The notes below the pieces were generated by a model. That model was not told the DNA's origin, did not search any database, and saw only the letters and a list, made by a program, of their open reading frames with translations. Below are positions 20,924 through 29,537 of a stretch of 64,000 nt of DNA, one piece after another (within the stretch, counting starts at the first letter, position 1; every line of letters begins with the position of its first letter). Made by a program: the position numbers and the translations under genes. This DNA is from Deltaproteobacteria bacterium (GTDB taxonomy: Bacteria > SZUA-79 > Acidulodesulfobacterales > Acidulodesulfobacteraceae): positions 1,747 through 65,746 of the forward strand of contig JAMCUF010000019.1 in the NCBI GenBank assembly GCA_023381755.1, in the 5' to 3' direction.

Positions 20924-21811
20924 TCAAAATCGGTTCTGTTTTATTTTTGCCATGACAGGCCTAAGCGAAATATTATGCCTCGAAAAACCCATCTCAGCAT
21001 AACTTCCGCCCAACGCAACCCCTATTAACTGGGGTAGGTGCATTATCGGCAAAGATAACTTTTTATTGATGCTTTTTGCGGCAACGGTTTGATATGTATC
21101 TAAGCTTAAATGGCAAAGCGGACACGGGGTAACCATAACATCGGCCTTTTTCTCCTGCGCCTCGAGGATAGCATTTCCGGCTAAAGAGGTTGAGGTAGTT
21201 TCGTTGATTAATATAGTCTGAAAACCGCAGCACTTTGTCCTGCGAACATAAGATAGGGGCTCCCCGCCCAATGCCCCGATTAATTCTTCAAAACCCTGCG
21301 GGTTTTCCACATCGTCAAATTTAACAACGCTTGATGGTCTTAATATATGACAGCCGTAAAATGGGGCAATGCTAACCCCTCTTAAACTATTTGCTATCTT
21401 TTTCTTAAGGTTATCGAAGCCTATATCGTCCCTGATAGCATATAATATGTGTTTTATTTTAACCCTGCCTTCATACCTGAGGCCGATTTTCGCAAGATAT
21501 TCGTTTGTTTTATCCAACAGCCCCTTATTATTTATGAGCTCCTCATTAACCTCGCTAAGAGTTAAAGTGCAGGTATTGCAAACAGTCAATATGTCAAACC
21601 CCGTCTTTTCCGCCAAGGCCAGCGTTCTACCGTTTATAAAAAGTTTTAAATTTTCATCGAATCCGTCGATGACGCCGCCGCCGCAACACGAAGCCTCGGG
21701 CATAGGAATTAAGTTAATATCTAATTTTTTTGCGACAAACTTGGTTGCGTTGTCAAGTTCTTTCCCGCTTTCCTGCGCTACGCAACCGGGGTAATAAACA
21801 TAACTTATCAT
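20924..21811 (-). CDS. HdrB-like CCG-domain subunit of a type E-like succinate dehydrogenase/fumarate reductase (SdhE/TfrB-like)
   Basis: Two CCG-type cysteine-rich units (YYPGC...CCGGG...CNTC; YGC...CCGF...PCPLC). 4-nt overlap with the upstream SdhB gene. Confidence 0.75.
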   Translation of the reverse strand: MISYVYYPGCVAQESGKELDNATKFVAKKLDINLIPMPEASCCGGGVIDGFDENLKLFINGRTLALAEKTGFDILTVCNTCTLTLSEVNEELINNKGLLDKTNEYLAKIGLRYEGRVKIKHILYAIRDDIGFDNLKKKIANSLRGVSIAPFYGCHILRPSSVVKFDDVENPQGFEELIGALGGEPLSYVRRTKCCGFQTILINETTSTSLAGNAILEAQEKKADVMVTPCPLCHLSLDTYQTVAAKSINKKLSLPIMHLPQLIGVALGGSYAEMGFSRHNISLRPVMAKIKQNRF

Positions 21812-22803
21812 TTTTCCTCCAGGTCTAATTCCTTATATGCAAGCCTTATATCATCCATATCTTTGATTAATTTAAGCCTGATGGGCGGTATTTTCCCTTT
21901 GAGTCCCGCACCGAAAGCCATGGGCAAATCGTTTATAAGCCCGGCTATCCCCCCCGTATCCGCCGCCACTTTAACCTCGTCGAGCCTTCCCGTTTCCCCT
22001 ATCGATTTGGCTATTGAAATAATATGCTTTGCACCCTTTGAAAAGGTTATAGAATTTTTAATAGCCTTCTCATGCAATTTGGTTATCGCTTTAACCGGGG
22101 AAATCCCTTTAGGGCAGAACTCTTCGCATGCCTGGCAATGAATGCAGTCCCATATACCCTCAGGTTGCGAACCGTTTACCAAGCGGGAGCCGTTTTTATC
22201 GTTATCCCTTGGGTCTTCGCTATACCTGTATAACTTGGCAAGGGCGGCGGGCCCCAAATAATTTTTGTTTCCGACGACGCCGCCACATTCGGAGTAACAG
22301 CATTCGCATAAAATACAGTTCGGGGCATCGTCATTTCCCGTTAGATTCTGAAACTCGGATTTATGATAAACGGGCTGGGCTATCTTTTCCCCCTCCCTTA
22401 AGACATGAAACCTGTGATACTCTTCGTTATCCCTTTGACCCAAAAGATACGGCTTAATCTTTTTAATCTTATCGAAAAAAATTTCCTGGTCGACTATGAG
22501 GTCGCGAACTACCGGCATATTAAAAAGGGGGTTCGACTTAATCATGCCGAATTTCTCTATTTCGGAACTTACCTGAGTTTTACAGGCAAGTTTTGAAATT
22601 CCGTTTATCTTCATGGCGCACGAACCGCATATGGCGCTTCTGCATGACCTTCTGAAACTTAAAGTTCCATCTGTTTCCGCCTTTATTTTCATTAAGGCGT
22701 TTAAGACGGTCATGCCGGGAAAATCCTGCACTATGTATTCCTTATAATATGGCTTGTCGTCAATCTCGGGATTAAACCTGTAACTTCTAACCTTAAATTC
22801 CAT
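21808..22803 (-). CDS. sdhB: succinate dehydrogenase/fumarate reductase iron-sulfur subunit with an HdrC-like C-terminal extension
   Basis: 2Fe-2S motif CRSAICGSC..15..C, 4Fe-4S motif CILCECCYSEC, and a third motif CIHCQACEEFCP with an extra Cys. About 80 extra C-terminal residues compared with classical SdhB. Confidence 0.85.
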   Translation of the reverse strand: MEFKVRSYRFNPEIDDKPYYKEYIVQDFPGMTVLNALMKIKAETDGTLSFRRSCRSAICGSCAMKINGISKLACKTQVSSEIEKFGMIKSNPLFNMPVVRDLIVDQEIFFDKIKKIKPYLLGQRDNEEYHRFHVLREGEKIAQPVYHKSEFQNLTGNDDAPNCILCECCYSECGGVVGNKNYLGPAALAKLYRYSEDPRDNDKNGSRLVNGSQPEGIWDCIHCQACEEFCPKGISPVKAITKLHEKAIKNSITFSKGAKHIISIAKSIGETGRLDEVKVAADTGGIAGLINDLPMAFGAGLKGKIPPIRLKLIKDMDDIRLAYKELDLEEK

Positions 22804-22921
22804 TATATTACCCCTTCTTATATAGCATATAGCATTAATTAAAACTAAAGCCCCTGCATTTAATATATATAATATTTAATTTACCTGTAATTAAGATAAT
22901 CACGCTAAAATGCCGGCATTA

Positions 22922-24595
22922 TCAGTATGTCCTCGGTTGAGGCCTGAATTTTGTAATAGAAACTTTGGAAAAATCGAATTTGATATTTCCATTATCGTCC
23001 AGAGTCGCCAGGGTATGCTTGAGCCAATTTTCATCGTCTCTTTCGGGATAATCGTTCCTGTAATGAGCCCCTCTGGACTCTTTTCTTAATATGGCGCCCT
23101 TTGCAATAATCTCCGCAATCAGCAAGATATTGTTAAATTCTAAGGCCTCGACGATGTCGGTGTTAAATAATTTTGACTTATCGTCCACCCCGATATTTTT
23201 AGCGCGCTCTTTAAGTTCTTCAATCTTTTTAACGGCTTTTTCCATAGCCTTTTCTTCCCTGAAAACACCGACATTTGCCCTCATTTCCTCCTGAAGTTCC
23301 GCCTTTAACAACCCGTGTTTTTCCTTCCCGCTTGATTTTTTAAGTTTATCCAAAATATCCTCGTCCCTTCGTATGAGCGATTCGTCAAACTTAGCAAATG
23401 CGGCATCTTTTATATATTCCGCAATATCGATGCCCGCCCTTCTTCCAAATACGATGGTATCCAGCAAAGAATTGCCGCCAAGCCTGTTTGCCCCGTGAAC
23501 GCTGACACAGGCGGATTCCCCCGCCGAGTAATATCCCGCAGTAGCCGTTCTGCCGTTATTGTCGGTTTTAATACCGCCCATCGAATAATGTGCGCCCGGT
23601 CTAATCGGAATGGGCTCGTAAATTGGGTTGACGCCTTCAAAATCTATTGAAAGTTGCATTATTTGGGGGAGCCGCTCCATGATCTTTTCTTTCCCGAGAT
23701 GGCGAACATCCAGCAGAATAGCTCCGTCAATACCTCTTCCTTCATTTATCTCCGTCTGTTCGGCTCTTGCCACCACATCCCTTGGGGCAAGTTCCATTGT
23801 CTTGGGGGCATATTTAGACATAAACCTGATGCCTAAGGAATTAAGAAGGTAAGCCCCCTCGCCTCTCGCACCTTCGGTAACTAATATTCCGGTGCTTTTA
23901 AGGGTTGTAGGGTGAAACTGTACGAATTCCATATCCATAAGCGGAACGCCTGCCTTAACCGAGGTGGCCATACCGTCGCCCGTATTGATAAGCGCGTTTG
24001 TGTTGGAAGAATAAACCTGCCCGTAACCGCCCGTGGCAAACAATACGGCCTTTGCGGCAATACCCTCAAACCTTCCGTTTTTTATATCATAAGCGACTAC
24101 GCCGCTAACTTTTCCATTGTCAACCGCTAAACTTGTAACAAAATATTCGTAAAGGATTTTTGTTTTATATTTAAGGACATTGTCAAAAAGCCCGTGCAGC
24201 ATCATGTGTCCGACGGCATCGGCATAATAGCAGGAGCGGGGATAACTTTGTCCGCCGAAGGGTCTCTGGGCTATGCCCCCAAGGTCGTTTCTGTTGAAAA
24301 CGATGCCCATCCTTTGAAGCTCGATAATGTTTGCAGGCGCTTCGCTTGTTAAAATTTCGATAGCATCCTGGTCCCCAAGATAGTCGCTGCCCTTAACCGT
24401 GTCAAAAAAATGGGATTCCCATGAGTCGTTTTCATCAAGGGCGGCATTAACCCCCCCCTGCGCCGCTCCCGAATGAGACCTTGTAGGATAAACCTTGCTT
24501 AATATTACCGCATCCACCCCTTTTTTTCTAAGCTCGACGCAAGCCCTTAAGCCCGCAAGCCCTGCCCCTACAATAACTACATCATGTTTTAACAT
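22922..24595 (-). CDS. sdhA: succinate dehydrogenase/fumarate reductase flavoprotein subunit
   Basis: VVIVGAGLAGLRA dinucleotide fold, covalent-FAD histidine motif RSHSGAAQGG, HPT and catalytic region ESRGAHYR. Confidence 0.9.
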   Translation of the reverse strand: MLKHDVVIVGAGLAGLRACVELRKKGVDAVILSKVYPTRSHSGAAQGGVNAALDENDSWESHFFDTVKGSDYLGDQDAIEILTSEAPANIIELQRMGIVFNRNDLGGIAQRPFGGQSYPRSCYYADAVGHMMLHGLFDNVLKYKTKILYEYFVTSLAVDNGKVSGVVAYDIKNGRFEGIAAKAVLFATGGYGQVYSSNTNALINTGDGMATSVKAGVPLMDMEFVQFHPTTLKSTGILVTEGARGEGAYLLNSLGIRFMSKYAPKTMELAPRDVVARAEQTEINEGRGIDGAILLDVRHLGKEKIMERLPQIMQLSIDFEGVNPIYEPIPIRPGAHYSMGGIKTDNNGRTATAGYYSAGESACVSVHGANRLGGNSLLDTIVFGRRAGIDIAEYIKDAAFAKFDESLIRRDEDILDKLKKSSGKEKHGLLKAELQEEMRANVGVFREEKAMEKAVKKIEELKERAKNIGVDDKSKLFNTDIVEALEFNNILLIAEIIAKGAILRKESRGAHYRNDYPERDDENWLKHTLATLDDNGNIKFDFSKVSITKFRPQPRTY

Positions 24596-24830
24596 TTATC
24601 AACCCCTGTTTCCCACTTAGAATCTTTTCAATCTTTTTATTTAATTGATTAATATTTAGTGCCGGTTTACGTCAAATAATTTTAATTTTTTATTTTGTTA
24701 ATACGGCTTTCAATTTTAAGATAATACGGATAAAGTATTATAAATTAAACAAGGCAATATTGCAATATTTTTTTTTAAACTGATATAATTATTGAAAAAT
24801 ATATGAATATTTTGCAATAATGAAAACATT

Positions 24831-26495
24831 ATGATTTCTAAAAAGATAACAATGTTGCCGGCGGCGGCGTTTTTTTTGTTGCTTGCCTTTCTGATTGTTG
24901 CCGCCTACCTATTTTTAACAGGTGTTTTTTCGTTGCACAGGTCTTATCCGCAAGCTGCAAAAAATGTTACATTCCAAAATAAACAAAATAAAGCCAAAGA
25001 TACTCTGGTTATCGGGCTTGGGGCGGATGCCACCAATCTTATCGGCAATATGGCGGCTGACGCCCCTACGGCTGAGGTTACCTCCCAAATTTACGACGGG
25101 CTTGTTCGCTATAACCGTAATTTTAAAATTGTTCCCGATCTTGCAAAATCATGGAAAATCAGTAACGGCGGAAAGGCGATAACGTTTTATCTCCGCCATA
25201 ATGTGCGCTGGCAGGACGGCCATAAATTTACCGCAGGTGATGTCCTTTTTACCTACCGTTTAATGGTAAATCCCAGAACTCCTACCCCTTACGCCGCGGA
25301 ATACCTTAAGGTTTATAAGGCAAAAATTATCGGAAAGTATATTTTTCGGGTGACCTATAAAAAACCCTATGCCCCGGCTTTAGCTTCCTGGGAGTTAAGT
25401 ATATTGCCGGAACACCTGCTTAAGGGGAAAAACCTTTTGACCACTAAGTTAAGAAGCCATCCCGTAGGTACGGGCCCTTATGAATTTTATAAATGGATTC
25501 ACGGATACGAAATAATATTAAAGGCGAATCCGCACTATTTTATGGGAGCGCCTCATATAAAACGGCTGATTTATAAAATAGTCCCCGATTCTTCGACCAT
25601 GTTTCTAATACTTAAATCAAACGGTATAGACTATGCAGGTTTAACCCCCCTTCAGTTTCGATATGAAACGGGCGGCAAAAAATTCAATTCACGCTATAAA
25701 AAATATATACATCCTTCATTGAGCTTCACTTTTTTAGGCTATAATCTTTTGGACCCGCTTTTTAAAAGCGTCAGAGTGAGGCAGGCTTTAAGTTATGCAA
25801 TAAATAAAAAGGAAATAATTAAGGGGGCGCTCTTAGGATTGGGCATAAAATGTTACGGGCCGTTTATGCCTGGAACATATTTTTATAACAGAAATATTAA
25901 AAGATACGGATATGACCCTAAAAAGGCGCTTATTCTTTTAAATAGGAAGGGGTGGCGCCTGAATAAAAAAGGAATTTTGGAAAGGGGTGGAATCCCCTTT
26001 AAGTTTACGATATTAACCCCGCAGGGAAATCCGGAACGGTTATCCGCGGCAGAGATTATTCAGCAAAACCTGAAAAAAATAGGTATTAAGGTTGGCATAA
26101 GGGTGATGGAGTGGACATCTTTAATATCCGAATTTATTATGAAAAAAAGGTTTCAAAGCGTTCTGCTCGGGTTTACCATTACCCCCGACCCGTATGACAA
26201 CGCAGCCATATTCACAAGTTCCAATATCGTTCCAAAGGGGTTAAATTTTACATCGTTTAGCGACCCTCAAATAGACGGTCTATTCAGAAAAGCACGCTCG
26301 ACGTTTAATTTAAAAAAACAAAGGATGTATTACTTTAAGATCCAGAAACTTCTCGCGAAGGAATCGCCCTACACCTTTTTGTACATACCGTATGCGATGC
26401 CTGTGGTAAAAAATAGTATTAACGGGATAAAGCCGGCCCCCTCCGGCATAGGTTATGATATAAGAAAATGGTATTATGCCGGGTTTGCAGATTAA
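24831..26495 (+). CDS. ABC transporter substrate-binding protein, family 5 (peptide/nickel, OppA/DppA-like)
   Basis: N-terminal signal anchor, 554 aa, family-5 SBP-type sequence (LV.......IVPDLA.SW..S.....TF.LR..V.W.DG..FTA.DV.F). Confidence 0.85.
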   Translation: MISKKITMLPAAAFFLLLAFLIVAAYLFLTGVFSLHRSYPQAAKNVTFQNKQNKAKDTLVIGLGADATNLIGNMAADAPTAEVTSQIYDGLVRYNRNFKIVPDLAKSWKISNGGKAITFYLRHNVRWQDGHKFTAGDVLFTYRLMVNPRTPTPYAAEYLKVYKAKIIGKYIFRVTYKKPYAPALASWELSILPEHLLKGKNLLTTKLRSHPVGTGPYEFYKWIHGYEIILKANPHYFMGAPHIKRLIYKIVPDSSTMFLILKSNGIDYAGLTPLQFRYETGGKKFNSRYKKYIHPSLSFTFLGYNLLDPLFKSVRVRQALSYAINKKEIIKGALLGLGIKCYGPFMPGTYFYNRNIKRYGYDPKKALILLNRKGWRLNKKGILERGGIPFKFTILTPQGNPERLSAAEIIQQNLKKIGIKVGIRVMEWTSLISEFIMKKRFQSVLLGFTITPDPYDNAAIFTSSNIVPKGLNFTSFSDPQIDGLFRKARSTFNLKKQRMYYFKIQKLLAKESPYTFLYIPYAMPVVKNSINGIKPAPSGIGYDIRKWYYAGFAD

Positions 26496-26511
26496 ATTAT
26501 CAATATCAATT

Positions 26512-26540
26512 AAAACCCGCATGTCCATGCGGGGTTTTTG
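26512..26540 (+). terminator. rho-independent terminator after the SBP gene
   Basis: CCCGCATG (26516-26523) pairs with CATGCGGG (26526-26533), followed by a T5 run (26535-39). Lies 17 nt after the stop codon. Confidence 0.6.
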
Positions 26541-26639
26541 GCCCGGGGCATGCGGCATGCATATAAAAAAACAGTTGTAAATTAATATAAAATATCCTAA
26601 TATGTAAAATATATTAAACATTATGATCTTACATTTCGC

Positions 26640-27236
26640 ATGAAGAATGATACCGGATTTTTAGAAATATCCGATGATGATATAAAAATTGCGTTTAAAG
26701 AAGTTAAAACATATATGGATATTTCCTTGGAAGATTTTAAGGAAATATATATTCATGCTTTAAATCATGCAAGGACCAGACTGCTTAATATTACCGTAGA
26801 TAAAGTGATGACTAAAAATGTCATGTCCATAACTAAAAAATCAAGCGTTAGCGAGGCAATTCACCTGTTATCCGAAAGTAAGGTACCTTGCTTGCCAGTG
26901 GTTGACGACGAAAATACGGTGATAGGCATTATTACCCGTAAAGACATCATCGTAGCGGCGGGTGTCGCAAAAAACAATACCTTCAAGGATGTTATCAGGT
27001 ATATTATCGGCGTGCCTACCCCTCATAAGAATGTTATCTCGGCCAAAATGGCTAAAGATATAATGACATCCCCGGCTATTACCGTCCCTTTAGGTAGCGA
27101 TATAAAAGATGCGGCCAATAAATTGCTTGAAATGAGGATAAACAACCTGCCCGTGGTAAGTAACGATAATAAATTAGCCGGGATTATATCTACAAGCGAC
27201 ATTGTAAATAGCATAGGGAGCAGCAGGCGGATATGA
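26640..27236 (+). CDS. CBS-pair domain protein
   Basis: Two CBS-like units (VDKVMTKNVMSI......A..LL.....CLPVVD......GIITRKDI, and AKDIMTSPAITV.......A...L......LPVVS......GIISTSDI). Confidence 0.75.
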   Translation: MKNDTGFLEISDDDIKIAFKEVKTYMDISLEDFKEIYIHALNHARTRLLNITVDKVMTKNVMSITKKSSVSEAIHLLSESKVPCLPVVDDENTVIGIITRKDIIVAAGVAKNNTFKDVIRYIIGVPTPHKNVISAKMAKDIMTSPAITVPLGSDIKDAANKLLEMRINNLPVVSNDNKLAGIISTSDIVNSIGSSRRI

Positions 27237-27772
27237 AAGAATATTTTAAAAAAATGAGAGGAGGGGGCGAGAGTCCTCCCGGAGTCGGTTTTTCCGAAAT
27301 TGTATGGTCGGGCATAGGTTCGTTTGCGGGCATTGCCGCATGCGGGTATCTTTCGGCACGGTATTTTACCCCGCTGGATTTAACTTTATTTATAGGTTCC
27401 TTCGGGGCATCCGCCGTATTGATTTACGCGGCTATAAAAAGCCCTCTGGCGCAGCCGCGCAACCTTATCGGGGGACATGTTTTATCGGGGCTGGTCGGCG
27501 TAACGTGCTACAAGTTTTTTGGACACGACATTATGCTGGCTTCGGCTCTTGCAGTATCCCTGGCGATTATGGTGATGCTCGCAACTAAGACTTTGCACCC
27601 TCCGGGCGGGGCAACCGCTTTAATAGCGGTAATCGGCGGTAAGGCAATATATAATTTGGGGTATCTTTACGCTATTATTCCAGCCGGCCTCGGAGCCGCA
27701 GTTCTTTTAGTTATCGCCCTGTTGGTGAATAACTTATCGAAAAATAGAAAATATCCCGAATACTGGTTTTAG
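27233..27772 (+). CDS. HPP-family integral membrane protein
   Basis: Four predicted TM segments and the family-defining HPPGGATAL motif. ATGA start/stop overlap with the CBS gene. Confidence 0.8.
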   Translation: MKEYFKKMRGGGESPPGVGFSEIVWSGIGSFAGIAACGYLSARYFTPLDLTLFIGSFGASAVLIYAAIKSPLAQPRNLIGGHVLSGLVGVTCYKFFGHDIMLASALAVSLAIMVMLATKTLHPPGGATALIAVIGGKAIYNLGYLYAIIPAGLGAAVLLVIALLVNNLSKNRKYPEYWF

Positions 27773-27894
27773 CATTCCGGTTTTTATGAAAAATAAGGGA
27801 GCCGCGAGCCGGGAATATAAAATCTTAATTTAAAATTATGTTAAATTATATTGAATATATTAAAAATGATATTTAAAAAAGGGAGGAGTAGGCT

Positions 27895-28095
27895 ATGGCT
27901 TGCAATATTAGCAAAACGAATATGACGGTAAGGATAATTTTAGGGGTTATCCTGATAGCATTGTTCTTTGTGTTCTATGGCGTAATCGGCATTATAAGTT
28001 TAATAATAGGGGTTATTGCGTTGGTTACCGGTATAATAAGGTATTGCCCGCTATACGGGGTGTTAAAAATAAATACCTGCAAGCCTAAGGAATAA
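27895..28095 (+). CDS. small two-TM membrane protein, DUF2892/YgaP-C-terminal-like
   Basis: 66 aa, R.ILG....... hairpin of two TM helices followed by YCPLYGVL.I.TC. Strong GGAGG SD upstream. Confidence 0.6.
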   Translation: MACNISKTNMTVRIILGVILIALFFVFYGVIGIISLIIGVIALVTGIIRYCPLYGVLKINTCKPKE

Positions 28096-28110
28096 AAGGG
28101 AATAAATGCT

Positions 28111-28151
28111 TTAGCCCCTGAACCCGGAATTTTTTAAAGTAAAGGGGCTAA
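28111..28151. terminator. possible bidirectional hairpin between convergent genes
   Basis: TTAGCCCCT (28111-28119) pairs with AGGGGCTAA (28143-28151). The loop is long (23 nt) and contains a T6 run. Confidence 0.35.
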
Positions 28152-28214
28152 AACCTGTTACGATGCCGCCGGATAGAAAGGTTCGATGCGGTTAAGTTTA
28201 AGCACGTTTCGTTA

Positions 28215-28547
28215 TTAACCCCATTTTTGTTTGTTGATATGAACCGCTATCTCGGCTTTTGACATCTGTCTGACTTCCCATGCGGCTTTTTTTGCTTTTT
28301 GAAATACATTTAAACATCCGGGATCCAAATTGTCCTCAATTCCAGACTCCGCAATTTCCAGCACCTTCGTGAGAAGATGCGTTAAATCCATATGTAATTG
28401 ATTTGTTTTTCTGGAGCGGTCGATGACTTGAGAGGCATCAGCCGCAACATTCTCAAATTTTTCCTTTGGCGCCCCGCATCTTGGACAGACATCAGGCGCT
28501 GAATCACCGTCGTGAATATAACCGCACACGGAACATTTCCATTTCAT
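28215..28547 (-). CDS. rubredoxin-like zinc-ribbon domain fused to a helical domain of unknown function
   Basis: N-terminal [10 protein letters not shown]...P..CPRCGAP. GGAGG SD lies 6 nt upstream of ATG 28547 (the tracked ORF starts at TTG 28562). The C-terminal ~75 aa is helical with no family recognised. Confidence 0.6.
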   Translation of the reverse strand: MKWKCSVCGYIHDGDSAPDVCPRCGAPKEKFENVAADASQVIDRSRKTNQLHMDLTHLLTKVLEIAESGIEDNLDPGCLNVFQKAKKAAWEVRQMSKAEIAVHINKQKWG

Positions 28548-28847
28548 AAAATACCTCCGCAATAAAATTTAATTTATTTAAAAGTTTCAATTAAGTTAAG
28601 ACTGCATTTTATTTAGATTCTAACATAAAAAAAATAAATTGCAAGAAATATTTAATATAAATTATCAAACAATATTAATTATTATTAATTATTATTAATG
28701 ATTATTATTAATCTGGCAATCTTGAGGTAGCTTCAAGGAATGCCTTAATTGACAATCTTTAATTTAAAATATATAATTAACCGTACATAATTAGCGAAGC
28801 ATCGGTATGTAGTTTTTTATTTTCCATTTTTCCATTTATGAGTTTTT

Positions 28848-29456
28848 ATGGATTTTAATATCTATTTAATCGGGGATAAAAATTTTTTTGAGAGCGAAAA
28901 AAGGTATCTGGAGGTTTTAAATAAATGCTTCGACGGCGGGGTAAGGGCTTTTCAATTAAGACAAAAAGATGTTGCCGTCAGAGAATTTATTTCGTTAGGG
29001 GAAAAGATTAAAAAAATAACGGACAAGTATAAAGACGTAAAACTTTTTGTAAATGATAGAATAGATGTTGCATTAGCTCTTGAAGCGTACGGAGTCCATT
29101 TAAACAAAAACAGCATTCCCATTAAAGCCGTCAAAGAAAAAGCTAAAAATCTTAAGGTGTTTTATTCTTCCCACTCCGTTTGCGAGGTCATAACGGCGCA
29201 AGACGAAGGGGCGGATGCCGTAACGTTTAGCCCCATTTTTAAAATTAAAAATCAGGATTTTGAGCAAGGGGTGGGCTTGCTAAAGAAGGCGGTAAACTTG
29301 GCGGGGATTCCTGTTTTTGCGCTGGGCGGAATTAACAAGCGTAATATAGGCAGAATAAGGGATGCCGGGGCTAAATATATAGCGGTTCAATCCGGAATTC
29401 TCATGGAAGACGATATTTATGGTACCGTTAAATTCCTGTCTGAGAATTTAAGCTAA
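28848..29456 (+). CDS. thiE: thiamine-phosphate synthase
   Basis: 202 aa, FQLR.K, VND.R.D.AL.....GVHL, F.SPIF and GGI motifs of ThiE. Confidence 0.85.
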   Translation: MDFNIYLIGDKNFFESEKRYLEVLNKCFDGGVRAFQLRQKDVAVREFISLGEKIKKITDKYKDVKLFVNDRIDVALALEAYGVHLNKNSIPIKAVKEKAKNLKVFYSSHSVCEVITAQDEGADAVTFSPIFKIKNQDFEQGVGLLKKAVNLAGIPVFALGGINKRNIGRIRDAGAKYIAVQSGILMEDDIYGTVKFLSENLS

Positions 29457-29537
29457 ATTCACTATAGAAATAGAATGGCCGGTTTATAAATAATACAAAA
29501 AATGGTATAATGTAACGTAACGGTTGGGGGAAGTTAT

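Noticed and set aside
26310-26621. 103-aa minus-strand ORF across the end of the SBP gene and its terminator
   Set aside because: It runs antisense through a clear CDS and a rho-independent terminator hairpin. No motifs.
28671-28712. Tandem repeat considered as a CRISPR or minisatellite array
   Set aside because: The units are 10 nt, contiguous and without spacers, and consist purely of A/T. No cas genes are in the window.
28563-29537. Looked for TPP (THI-box) riboswitches upstream of thiE and thiC, and also upstream of thiD at 44896-44976
   Set aside because: I could not find the conserved CUGAGA / ACCUGAUCUGGAUAAUGCCAGCG-type elements by eye. The leaders are AT-rich or too short. An Rfam RF00059 covariance scan would settle this.
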